Below, in pieces: positions 20,960 to 32,700 of a stretch of 33,333 nucleotides of DNA (the first letter of the stretch is position 1; each line of letters opens with the position of its first letter). Made by a program: the position numbers and the translations under genes. Under the pieces are notes generated by a model. That model saw nothing but the letters and a program-made list of their open reading frames with translations. It did not search any database and was not told the origin of the DNA. Origin of the DNA: Octopus bimaculoides (Eukaryota); NCBI RefSeq assembly GCF_001194135.2, contig NC_069004.1:21377788-21411120 (forward strand). Direction: 5' to 3'.

Positions 20960-21560
20960 CTAAGGCCTCTCTCTAAGAGAGAGCTCTACTGAGCTGAATA
21001 TCTTGCACTTTGCATGTCTCTGAGTTCTTGGTGTTGCTAGCAAAAGTTCTTGTGGTGCTACGCAAACCGCAGTCGACTTAAAACCCTTGCACAGGCATTG
21101 TTGGCCATTACCTTTACCACTTACCTTTTCCCTTTTTTTTAATTTAGTATAAATTTTGATCGGCCACTGACTTGGTAGCAAAGTTGTGAAGGAAAGCATC
21201 ATCCTTTAAATCTTAAAAAGGTCTTGCAGATTTTTATCGTCTCGGATATTGCGATTAATTAAGGATTTCCTTCTCTCCCCAAGAACCCAAGTTCAGCTAT
21301 ACTTTGCTCCAGCCGTATCCTGTTGCTCTAATAATAATGGGAATGAAATTGAAAGTGTATATTGGGTACTGGATTTGCAGACTCCTTATTAATGGTCCAT
21401 AGACGTCCTCTTTCTCTTGTATTTTTCAAATCAGATTGGCGCCCAGAGGGCAGCTGATTTCCGCGACAGAACAAACCTTTCATTTGTGCTCCCACACGAC
21501 AATATCTGGCCAGTCGCGATTTAACTTGGTAGCTGTTTTGATTTTTTAGTTTGACCAATA
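20960..21560 (-). mobile_element. RLE-type non-LTR retrotransposon 3' fragment (second family)
   Basis: KIKTATK..WPDIVVWEHK*KVCSVAEISCPLGAN...EKEDVYGPLIRSLQIQYPIYTFNFIPIII; the 3' UTR boundary is approximate. Confidence 0.7.
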
Positions 21561-21595
21561 TTCTTCTGACCCATCGGTCTCATTATGGTCTAAAT

Positions 21596-22000
21596 ATGTA
21601 TGTATATATGTATGTATATATGTATGTGTGTATATATGTATGTATATATGTATGTATATATATATGTATATATGTATGTATATATGCATGTATATATGTA
21701 TATATGTATGTATATATGTATGTATGCATATATGTATGTATATGTGTATGTATATATGTATGTATATATGTATGCTTGTATGTATATATGTATATATGTA
21801 TGTATATATGTATGTATATATGTATGTATATATGTATGTATGTATATATGTATGTATATAAATATGTATGTATATATGTATGTATGTATGCATGCATGTC
21901 TGTATGTATGTATGTATCCATGTATGTATGTATGCATGCATGCATGTATGTATGCATATATGTATGCATGCATCATGTATGTATGTATGTATGTATGTAT
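21596..22000. repeat. Long complex (TATG/TA)n microsatellite
   Basis: Direct reading; source of the spurious YI/HT/CM ORFs. Confidence 0.95.
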
Positions 22001-22275
22001 AGATTTGTATGTTTTATGTATGTACTCTCATGCATATAGTTGCATATCTAGACGTGCTCATATATGTTTAAATGATAAACTTCTGGAAAATTTTACAGAC
22101 TTTTACAGTTCCAGTGATGGATTGGATCTATAGTCTTCGAATTAGCTTTCTCCTTTCTGGTTTTGAAAGGCCTAATTTCCCAAGATTGTTATTTAGGCAG
22201 TATGTCATATATCACAGGGCCCCAATAATTACAGGCATAAATCTGAACTTGTAATCTGGATAGAATAACTGCAGA
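22001..22275 (-). mobile_element. RLE-type retrotransposon extreme C-terminus and start of 3' UTR
   Basis: LQLFYPDYKFRFMPVIIGAL*...LGKLGLSKPERRKLIRRL*IQSITGTVKVCKIFQKFII*, homologous to the 21330-21420 translation. Confidence 0.75.
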
Positions 22276-22279
22276 TAAC

Positions 22280-22310
<31 letters not shown>

Positions 22311-22354
22311 TGTATGTATGTATGTAGGTGTGTATGTCTGTATGTTATCAATCA

Positions 22355-22545
22355 GTTTCATTTCTGTATTTCTTGTCCATAGAGAAAGAGCCGGACTCTA
22401 ACATAGATTCAAGGCTCCTTCATTGGAACTTTTATCAACATCATCTAGGTATTTGTGCATATGTGTGTGTGCAGTATTTGGTGTTAGTGTATGCGCAGAT
22501 TTGTATGTTTGTTTTATGGATGCGTTTTTATGTATGTATGTATGT
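22355..22545 (-). mobile_element. Probable 3' UTR of a further copy of the same RLE family
   Basis: Shares AGATTTGTATGTTT(GTTT)TATG with 22001-22018. Confidence 0.45.
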
Positions 22546-22647
22546 ATGTATGTATGTATGNNNNNNNNNNNNNNNNNNNNNNNNNNNNNNNNNNNACGAA
22601 ATTTTGATTGATCAAGCCTGGTTGGTAACGCTATATCACACATATGA

Positions 22648-22648
<1 letters not shown>

Positions 22649-22705
<57 letters not shown>

Positions 22706-22799
22706 GTGATTCGGCATAAGAGAACGATAGAATAAGTAGTAGGCTAACAAAGAATAAATCTTGAGTCGATTTCTTCGACTAAAGTAAAAGAATGAAAGA

Positions 22800-22874
<75 letters not shown>

Positions 22875-22875
22875 T
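22649..22875 (+). mobile_element. SINE family A 3' fragment between (TG)n and (AGAT)n, terminal segment deleted
   Basis: TTAGTGATTCGGCATAAGAGAACGATAGAATAAGTAGTAGGCT...GTCGATTTCTTCGACTAAAG. Confidence 0.7.
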
Positions 22876-23737
22876 AATATCAAAAAGTTTTCGGACTAGT
22901 TATGTTTTACCATCATCTCCTTTGAACTACTCTCCTTGCACAACAATACACAGGCCCTAGCNNNNNNNNNNNNNNNNNNNNNNNNNNNNNNNNNNNNNNN
23001 NNNNNNNNNNNNNNNNNNNNNNNNNNNNNNNNNNNNNNNNNNNNNNNNNNNNNNNNNNNNNNNNNNNNNNNNNNNNNNNNNNNNNNNNNNNNNNNNNNNN
23101 NNNNNNNNNNNNNNNNNNNNNNNNNNNNNNNNNNNNNNNNNNNNNNNNNNNNNNNNNNNNNNNNNNNNNNNNNNNNNNNNNNNNNNNNNNNNNNNNNNNN
23201 NNNNNNNNNNNNNNNNNNNNNNNNNNNNNNNNNNNNNNNNNNNNNNNNNNNNNNNNNNNNNNNNNNNNNNNNNNNNNNNNNNNNNNNNNNNNNNNNNNNN
23301 NNNNNNNNNNNNNNNNNNNNNNNNNNNNNNNNNNNNNNNNNNNNNNNNNNNNNNNNNNNNNNNNNNNNNNNNNNNNNNNNNNNNNNNNNNNNNNNNNNNN
23401 NNNAAGGATGGGTCATCAGTGGAATACTGACGGAGATCTTGACAGACTTCGACGCGATGTTTTTTTTTCTGCTCGATGGTCAGCAGCAGGGGACGAACTT
23501 GGCAGAGACACGCCGCATGTTCAATTCAGACGTTAGGGTTGCCTGCTTTTGAAGCGCACGTGCGTACGACTCATTGCCTTGTCAATGAGTAAGATTTTTT
23601 GTGTAAGATTTTTTGCGTACATGGAGGAGATGTAAACGGACCCCCACCCCCACCCCCACCGCTTAAATTTTTTTTTTTTTTACGGAATCCCACATTTTTG
23701 ACTATGTAGATTCCGATTCTGGAAATAAATTTGCTTA

Positions 23738-23874
23738 TCAAATCCACTCACAAGGCTTTGGTCGGTTCGAGGCTATAGCAGAAGGCACATGTCCAAGGTG
23801 CTACGCAGTGGGACTGAACCCGAAACCATGTTGTTAGGAAGCAAGCTTCTTACCATACAGCCACTCCTGCACCT
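23738..23874 (-). mobile_element. SINE family A 5' half
   Basis: CAAATCCACTCACAAGGCTTTGGTCGG...GGGACTGAACCCG...CAGCCACTCCTGCACCT. Confidence 0.88.
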
Positions 23875-24199
23875 ATATTACGTAATTTTTCTAATTTTTA
23901 GAATTTTTGAGTAAACTGGCGTCGCAAATGGAAATGGTATAGAAACGTGTTTGTGGAGTGAATAAATATATATTTATACATAATTCCCATTATCCTTGTT
24001 ACCCCTGCTCCCCCTACATCTGCACAGACGTTTTCATAGAAGAGTTCTTGGTAGTCGTAAGGTGTTGGTGGATCTTTACAGAGCGGTACTAGCTAGTCAC
24101 CATCATAAGACAAACCACAATTAGAAAAACTATTTCATCTTTATCTTTAAGGTTTTCACAGTTGCCATACTAACATCGTATAATGACAGGAGACACAAA

Positions 24200-24340
24200 A
24201 CCCGGGCAGGATGGCATGTAGGTATATCTGAACCCTAAATAAACCAGGCACACCAAATTTGTCAACCCATGCAATCCAATTCTCAAGGACTAGAAACATA
24301 CAACACTGATGATGCATCCTAGGGCATCCATGAGTTGTAT
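24200..24340 (+). mobile_element. Possible Penelope-like 3' end with hammerhead remnant
   Basis: ATACAAC A CTGATGA TGC-loop-GCA TCCATGA GTTGTAT: helix I, core and helix II present, GAAA absent. Weak ISEP*INQ resemblance to a GIY-YIG C-terminus upstream. Confidence 0.3.
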
Positions 24341-24372
24341 CTATTTATCTATCTATCTATCTATCTGTCTGT

Positions 24373-24434
<62 letters not shown>

Positions 24435-24837
24435 NNNNNNNNNNNNNNNNNNNNNNNNNNNNNNNNNNNNNNNNNNNNNNNNNNNNNNNNNNNNNNNNNN
24501 NNNNNNNNNNNNNNNNNNNNNNNNNNNNNNNNNNNNNNNNNNNNNNNNNNNNNNNNNNNNNNNNNNNNNNNNNNNNNNNNNNNNNNNNNNNNNNNNNNNN
24601 NNNNNNNNNNNNNNNNNNNNNNNNNNNNNNNNNNNNNNNNNNNNNNNNNNNNNNNNNNNNNNNNNNNNNNNNNNNNNNNNNNNNNNNNNNNNNNNNNNNN
24701 NNNNNNNNNNNNNNNNNNNNNNNNNNNNNNNNNNNNNNNNNNNNNNNNNNNNNNNNNNNNNNNNNNNNNNNNNNNNNNNNNTATATATATATATATGAGA
24801 CCAAAGTGTACGTACGCCGCTATATGTATATAAAAAA

Positions 24838-25670
24838 GGAATACAAAAAATGGGACAAGAACGGAACAGGCGACAACAAAACATCCAGACAGTTAGATGA
24901 TATAAAGAGGGACAAGAAAAAACAAGGACGGGTGATTCAGAGTTTTCTTTCGTCAATCGAGTTCCAGATTATCTTTGCAGTTTCGGCTGGTTACACTCGT
25001 TCGAGTCTCTTATTCTTTCATTCTTTCTTTCAGCCTCTTCCCACGTACATCGTTCTTTCCACTCTTCTTTCTTTCTCTCTCCCTCTCTCACACTTCCTGG
25101 CCTTCCCTTCATTCTCACCTTCCCTCCTCTTTCACTCCACTCTGTCCCTTTTCTTTTTTCTCGTCCCTTCCCAATTCTTCTATCCCTCTGCCTCTACCTT
25201 TCTCCTCTCCTTCCACGTGACTGGTATTCGGCCAAGCCTGACCTTTCTTTCTTAGTTCAACTACCATCCATGCTTGTCATCTCTTATGTACCTGCCGTAA
25301 GGTTTCACTTCCACACACGCTAGCTCAATTTAATTCGTCCTTAGTCGAAAGACACCTGTTGTTAATGTCCTGTTGTTTGCATTTGTATTTGTGTACCATT
25401 TCGCCGTTTTTTTCCGTCCTTGTTTTTGTATACATTCGGTGTTTTCTTCCAAGGAATCTAGTGCTCTTAGCTTAGATTTTCCTTTGGGCTGGCCAGATTG
25501 GAGCAGTCTCGAGTATAACCAGCCGAAACTGCAAAGATAATCTGGAACTCGACTGACGAAAGACAACTCCGAAAGACCCGTCCTTGTTTTTTCTTGTCCC
25601 TTTTTGTATCATTTAACTGTCTGGATGTTTTGTTGTCGCCTGTTGCGTTCTTGTCCCACTTTTTGTATTC
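24838..25670 (+). mobile_element. Unclassified non-coding repeat with ~160-bp inverted terminal arms, in (TA)n
   Basis: 24838-24999 is the reverse complement of 25510-25670 with about a dozen substitutions; the interior is pyrimidine-rich. Confidence 0.75.
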
Positions 25671-26149
25671 TTATATATATNNNNNNNNNNATATATATAT
25701 ATATGAGTGAGAGAGAGAAAATAGAATAAGAAATAGAAAGTCCTTGGTACACTATTATTTATTTTAAAATAAATAAAATTAGCTTTTCTGATAATTTTTC
25801 CACTTTAATAATTAGATGTTTATAAGTTATTAGGTGCCTACAAAAAGTAGATACGAGTTTTTCGCTTAAGAACAGTTTTCAAACTGATATTTTAGAGTTT
25901 TTTTATCCATTATGTAGGTAGGACTGTTTAATTACAAACACACACACACACACACACACACATATTTATATATGCCGTAGGTCTTTAACTCTTTAATGGA
26001 GTCGGAGAGGCGCGCAGTCGTGACGTTGGCATCTTGGGTACTTCTGTAGACCTGGCGCACCTCATCCCACTCCAAGTCTGACCTCAGACAGAAAGAAGTT
26101 AGAGATTGAGAATAATCGGCCCCTAGTACTTTATCAAAATCATCTTCCT

Positions 26150-28085
26150 TCAATTTTGTTTCCATTTCTTGCGGAGTGTCTTCCCAGCATCTAGGACAAA
26201 GAAACTCACTGTATACATTGGTAGGCCATTAAAGTAAACACACCAGATTGTTCATTTACAAAGTCATGTAATAGAAAAAAAAGAAAAGAAAGATAGAGGA
26301 AAGAAGGTAAAAAATAAAACAAAGGAAATAAGGGGGAAAGGGAAGAAAATTCACAGCGACAAAACTCTTCTCAATACGTGTGACGTACCAGTTAAGACAA
26401 TTTTTTGCACTTCCTGCGTGGATGGTAAGCCAGGGATCATCCTAGAATAATTTTCAGTTCCTTTTTTTGATCATTCCAAGTACTCCTACAATCACTGGTA
26501 TTGCAACCGTCTTGAGATGCCACATTTTCTCAATTTCAATTAGCAAATCTTTATATTTTCTGAACTTATCAAACTCTTTTGCCGAGATTTTATGATCACA
26601 AAAATGCTCATGTCAACCAATAAACAGATTTTATTGCTTTGGTCTTTCACAATAATATCTGGTTTATTAGCTTTAATGGTCCGTTCTGTATATACTGGAA
26701 AGTCCCAAAGAATCACTACATTTTCCCCTGTTACAGCCCCAGGATGGTGCTTGTACTATTTGTCAGCAATTTTGATTTTATAATGCTGACATGTTATCCA
26801 GTGTAGATTTATGCTCTACTGGTGCTAAAACCTTACACCCAAAGATTAGGTGGTCGACTGTTTCAATCTCATCGTTGCAGTCTCAGCACTTTGGGTCTAC
26901 TACATTTTACATCACAGAAGCTTGGTAGTTCGGGGTCAATAAGTTCTGATCTTGAGTTGCCTTCGCTCTCTGCCTTTAACTCTGAGCTCTGTAGTCACTG
27001 ATAGGTGTGCTTCTGGTCTACATCAGCTTGTTTGCTATGGGCCACATATTTGGCATGCAGAGGTTTTTTTCCTACCTATCAGCCAATTGTTCAAATGCTT
27101 ATTGCTTTGCGCTTGATTTCACCTTCTTTGCAACAATTTCCACACTTCCATCATGCTGTTCAATCTGGATATTATGCATGAACGTACTAGTAATTGTTTT
27201 GCTCCCCTTCATGACAGAACGAAGCTTCATACGCTGTCGTTTCGAGATATTTGGCCAGTCCAATTGTCGTGGTTTTGTAAAAGATTTCAAACTGGATCAA
27301 GCCTTGACCTCCTTGGGCTTTGGGAAGGTAAAGACGATCTGCGTCTGCCTTAAGTCAGCAGCTTATGGATTTTTCTGTCAATCTTCCTTATTTCGCTCGT
27401 ATTTCAGTTCAACACATTGAAGCTAAATAACAACTGGAACTACTAAGGGGTTTATGGTTAACACCTTGTTACGTGCAGTTAACTCTGATTTTAAGATTGC
27501 TCGAACTCTTCTGTAACATTCCTCCTTGAACTTCTCTTCCATGCTTACATGCTGAATGCCATATCCCTCATTTATTCCGAGGTATTTGTAAGTTTGTTCC
27601 TACTCAAATTATTTTATAACTGTGTCAACATCTAATTCCACTGAATGTGAGGTCTTCAGTTTCCTCTTTCTGGAAAGTGGCCTTGGTACATTTATCAAAC
27701 CAAATTCTATCCGATATCATCATTGAATGCGTTCACAGTACGCAATAGACCTTCAAGCTCATTATTGTCGTTGCCATAGAATTTTAAGTCATCCATGTAA
27801 AATAGGTGACTTATTTTCTTGTCATCAATTTTATACCTATACCCTGTTCTGTTAAGTTCATTTTATGGGGTATCAGGGCTAAGCAAAAAAATTAGAGGTA
27901 AAAGCATCACCATGGAAAATGCTACACTTGATATAAATATTGTTTGTATTCTGTACTCCAGTAGAGTGGTATAATTGAAGATTCGTATTCCACTCTGTAT
28001 TATTATTTTTTTTCCCTATCATTCAGAATAGCCAAATTATTTTTGTATATTCTCCATAGTTGATGCATTCATATTTATATGTCTC
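26150..28085 (-). mobile_element. Decayed R4/Dong-type LINE (RT C-half, CCHC knuckle, RLE, 3' UTR)
   Basis: HLFYMDDLK (YMDD at 27788-27799), FGLDKC, DPKC*DC...ETVDHLIFGC, LWDFPV..ANKPDIIVKD, KYKDLLIEIEKMW and VQKIVLTGTSHVLRRVLSL* (stop 26351-26353). Confidence 0.9.
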
Positions 28086-28173
28086 TAAATCAAAAGATCG
28101 CCTTAATATTTTCGATTTTCATTTTGTTTTCTATATTTTTAATTTATTCCCTTAATATTTTTCTGATATCGCA

Positions 28174-28367
28174 GGCGGCGAGCTGGCAGAATTGTTACCG
28201 CGCCGGGCAAAAACGCTTAGCACCATATCATCTGTCTTTACGTCGCTGGCGTTCATTCTGCCTTTTATCCTTTCGGGTTTCAATAAAATAGTAGCAGTTG
28301 GTCGAAGTAGTCGACTTGCTTCCCCTCACCCCCGAACTTTCTGTCTTTGGGCCAAATTTGAAAGCAA
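28174..28367 (+). mobile_element. SINE family B, B-box region deleted
   Basis: GGCGGCGAGCTGGCAGAATTGTTA...GCCTTTTATCCTTTCGGGTTTCAATAAAATAGTAGCAG...GCCAAATTTGAAAGCAAT. Confidence 0.82.
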
Positions 28368-28875
28368 TATTTTTCGATGTTGCTATTGAATTTGTTCTTA
28401 ATTTTCGATTTTATAAATATTTTTGTTTCTATCGTTAATGCATTTTCCCGGTGAATAACAATTTGTTGTTATTTTGTTGTAGTTTAAGATGGAATATTAT
28501 TTAGTCGATGAAACTGCAAAGTTTGATATTCCATGCACAACAGTCTTTAGTAGTTGAGTGAGATCTCTTCTAACATTTGTTTAGACATTTTTGTTGTTCA
28601 TATTCATGTTGTTGTCGTTAAAGCTTGTATATCAACATGGCTGATGTTGTTTACTGCACTATTTCTATTGTCGCAAAATAACTTTCTATTGATGAATTTT
28701 ACTTCAGTAATTTATCACTTTTTACGTTTGCTGGTGATTTTCCGAGACCTTTAGCATTCAGTTTGGTTGATCTTTACTGGTTTTTAACAATTTTTTGGCG
28801 ATTATGAGCTGTTATTTCAGCGACTGTTTACAACAATAAGTTCCTGATCGTAAATAGATCGTAAATGGACTATTT

Positions 28876-29249
28876 TCACTTGTTTCAGTCAATGGGTTGC
28901 GGCAATGCGGAGGCATTGCCAAGAAGGGTTTTAGTCGGCCAAATCGACCCCAGAACTTATTTTAAAATGTGCTACTTATTATAACTGTCTCTTTTGCTAA
29001 GCTACGGGGACGTAAATAAACTAACGCCATTTGACAAGAGGTGGTATGGACAAAGACAAATACACATACATACATACATACATAAGACAGGCTTCCACAG
29101 TTTCCGTCGACAAAATTCACTCAAAAGGCATTGGTCGATCAAGGGTTATTGTAAAAGACACTTGCCGATGGTGCCGCGCAGTAGGAGTGAACCCGAAACT
29201 GCGTTGTTGCAAAGCGAGCTTCTTAACCACATAGCTATACCTGCACCTA
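28876..29249 (-). mobile_element. SINE family A, near full length, diverged
   Basis: Reverse strand carries head, internal (TATG) tract and 3' end. Confidence 0.8.
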
Positions 29250-29719
29250 AAAAATAAAACAAAACAATCGAAAAAATATCGAAACAAAAATGAAACTCAA
29301 GTTCTATCAAAAGCAGCAACACATTTTAATTGCAGTTAAAATAATCTTTTCTGCAAAATGATTTGAACCGTTAGACCCGGAGAGAAAGCAGAGTTCTAAA
29401 ACCTCACGGATAGTCATAGCATTGCTTCAAGTTTATACAAACTATGAAATACATTATTCCCTTTCAATTATATTTTCGCTGAAGCGTCTGTGCGCTTTTT
29501 CGTTTGCTGAGTTCCATGAAGATGAAACAATTTTAAAGTAAGTTATTTTTATGGAAACGAAATCCTTAATCCGTAATCCTTAATTTGTTGTTAATCTCTA
29601 TTTTCTATCACTTTGATTAACTCTGGTAGCAGACCTATGTAGAAGTGGCAGAGGTGTGGCCAAACTATTTGGCTTAGTATACCTGTATGATGAAATGAAG
29701 TTGGTGTACATCGCTGTTA

Positions 29720-32700
29720 ACAGTTCTCGCATTTCCTTTTAGTGTTAATCAGATTATATTCTCATAGAATATCCAATATGCCACGGAAAACTCAGCTGTC
29801 TGAAACTCAGAAAAGAAACGTTTCCAAAGAAAAGAATGAAAGAAATGTTGCTGTATTGGCAAAGACACAACGCCTAAATGAATTTTCTCTCCTTCGAATA
29901 AAAGAAAGCTTAAAAACTAATGATGAAGAAGCAATACGAGGCGTTGCTTCTGAGGCACCAATTGCACTCCCAAGTACATCTGCAGAAAATAGGGGTAAAG
30001 TATCAGCTCAAAATAATAACAGTAATGAATCACCAGATATTACAGACATGGAATCTAGCGCAATCATAGTATCTAAACTCAGCCGTGTGGTTTTTCTGCC
30101 AGAAAAAATTGTCCATATTCTTTCGATCAAGATCGGCTTTATGTCAAAGTAAAAATGTCTCCAACACCTACTCAGAATCTGGCGAGTGGAAAATGCTCCT
30201 GAGAGTGAAGTACAAAGATGCCTTGGGCGTGTGTGGCAACAAAAGATCCACATCATCCGAAGAAAGAAATTTGGAACTATTGAAGTGAAATTTGGGACGG
30301 TAGAAGAAGCTAGATGTAATTCTCCAACCACCCTGAGGAACAACAACTTTTTCTTAATCCCCAGCTATCACTTGCCAAGATTAGGGTGTTGAATGTTCCG
30401 CCAGAAATATATATTACCTGATTAGTGGCGGCGGTCTTGGCAGGTTTAGAAGAAGACGAAGTCAGAATATTAGAGCTCAAGAAACTACCTAAGCAAAACT
30501 GGTTAGGGTTAGGTATGGAACTGACCTTGCAATGCAGGCAGGCCCATATCGACCAGCTGCCCGATCTAATCGATCTCGCGGATGGTACTCACCTGTCAGT
30601 GTTTGTGGAGCGTAGAAAGCCAAAATGCCACACATCTGGATCTGTAAATCACTTAAAGGCTTTATTCCCTAAAACAAGGAATAGTAAAGTCCCACTGCTA
30701 CCAGTGAATGATGGATTTTATAATTCAAGACAAAAACAAAATAGAGACAGAGTGAAAGGAATTTGAGGAATTCATCCTCAAAACCCCCAAGGACAGACAT
30801 TTAATTAGAACATTGTCAAACGTTTATAAAACTATAACTGAAAAATTCCTAGGTAGTGTGGGGATTTTAAAAACATCTGTTGATAAAAGGCTATTAGAAA
30901 AGCCTTTTAAAAATTTTTCACCAGTAGAAAGGCCCGGAACTTCCGGGCTTCTCGAAATCCAAAGTGAGTAACCTCATTTTCTTTGTCCGACTAGCATGGC
31001 TGTTCTGAGAATGGGATGTGTGAATGTGCGTGGCCTGGGATCAGCTTGGAAGCAAGGTCACTTGCTCGACGATCTCAGGTCACTCGATTTAGGTGTAGCT
31101 GCCATTAGTTAAACAAGGATGGCCGGAAAACACGCTCTAGCATCCATTTTCGAGGACTACGAGGTATTCTCATCTTGTTATCTATTGGGGACAGGTGGCG
31201 GTGTAGCAGTTCTACTCCGGAAATCCTTAGATCTCCAAGTACGAGCTATCTTCATGGACCCACATGGTAGGATGGTGGTCCTGGACGTGAAAGGCAGCGA
31301 ATGTGGCGCCTTTAGACTGGTGGCGGTTTATGCCCCAACAGGGGCTGGAAGGCCAGATTTCTTCAGGCGTCTTGAAACATTCTTGGGAACATCTCGCATT
31401 TTAGTACTAGTGAAGGAATTGGAATAGTATTTTGAACGCACAGGACTGTCTGGGTTTAGTACATAGTAGAAGTAGGTGTAAAAGCCTCGAAAACCTGTTC
31501 AGGACTTTCCAGCTTTCTGACAGGTACCGACTGGATTTCCCTGATGTGCCATTATGGATATGGAGCAACCAAAGCAGGTCATCCAGATCGTATTTAGATA
31601 GAGTATTTCTTAGGTCAGAGGATAGGGATAGCATAGGTTGTCCACAATTTAAATTGGTTGGCTACACAGATTACAAATTTGTGAAATGCCCAGTCGATTT
31701 AGTTAGGACCCGTAGACAGGGACCCGGTTACTGGAAGTTGAATGTGTCCGTATCGGCTCACAAAGACTACAGGGACCGGATTAGCGAACTANNNNNNNNN
31801 NNNNNNNNNNNNNNNNNNNNNNNNNNNNNNNNNNNNNNNNNNNNNNNNNNNNNNNNNNNNNNNNNNNNNNNNNNNNNNNNNNNNNNNNNNNNNNNNNNNN
31901 NNNNNNNNNNNNNNNNNNNNNNNNNNNNNNNNNNNNNNNNNNNNNNNNNNNNNNNNNNNNNNNNNNNNNNNNNNNNNNNNNNNNNNNNNNNNNNNNNNNN
32001 NNNNNNNNNNNNNNNNNNNNNNNNNNNNNNNNNNNNNNNNNNNNNNNNNNNNNNNNNNNNNNNNNNNNNNNNNNNNNNNNNNNNNNNNNNNNNNNNNNNN
32101 NNNNNNNNNNNNNNNNNNNNNNNNNNNNNNNNNNNNNNNNNNNNNNNNNNNNNNNNNNNNNNNNNNNNNNNNNNNNNNNNNNNNNNNNNNNNNNNNNNNN
32201 NNNNNNNNNNNNNNNNNNNNNNNNNNNNNNNNNNNNNNNNNNNNNNNNNNNNNNNNNNNNNNNNNNNNNNNNNNNNNNNNNNNNNNNNNNNNNNNNNNNN
32301 NNNNNNNNNNNNNNNNNNNNNNNNNNNNNNNNNNNNNNNNNNNNNNNNNNNNNNNNNNNNNNNNNNNNNNNNNNNNNNNNNNNNNNNNNNNNNNNNNNNN
32401 NNNNNNNNNNNNNNNNNNNNNNNNNNNNNNNNNNNNNNNNNNNNNNNNNNNNNNNNNNNNNNNNNNNNNNNNNNNNNNNNNNNNNNNNNNNNNNNNNNNN
32501 NNNNNNNNNNNNNNNNNNNNNNNNNNNNNNNNNNNGGCAGATTTGTTTGGCAACCTCTTGACAGATGTCTACAGTAACTGGCAACAGAACGGGAGAATTC
32601 CTATTGCTGTTAGCCGAGGTGTGGTAACACTGCTTAGAAAGGACGTCGACAATGGGGACGTGCTATGAATTTTCGGCCCATAACTCTGCTAAACACAGAG

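Noticed and set aside
21546-22133. Long ORFs in several frames (YI/HT/CM-rich)
   Set aside because: Translations of the TATG/TA microsatellite; the same applies to 8863-9302.
25505-25580. Type III hammerhead (GTC-TCGAGT...ACTCGA-CTGACGA...GAAAGAC)
   Set aside because: Helix III has a G-G clash, helix II is poor, and the inverted arm copy reads TTGACGA and GAATC, so the core is not conserved.
28400-28870. Possible decayed coding or TE sequence
   Set aside because: No motif could be read in any frame; left unassigned, as are 4500-5350 and 23404-23730.
29485-29543. Micro-exon candidates at GTAAGT/GTAAGC/GTAAGG donors (also about 5224 and 17721)
   Set aside because: Such hexamers are expected by chance in 33 kb and no coding support was found.
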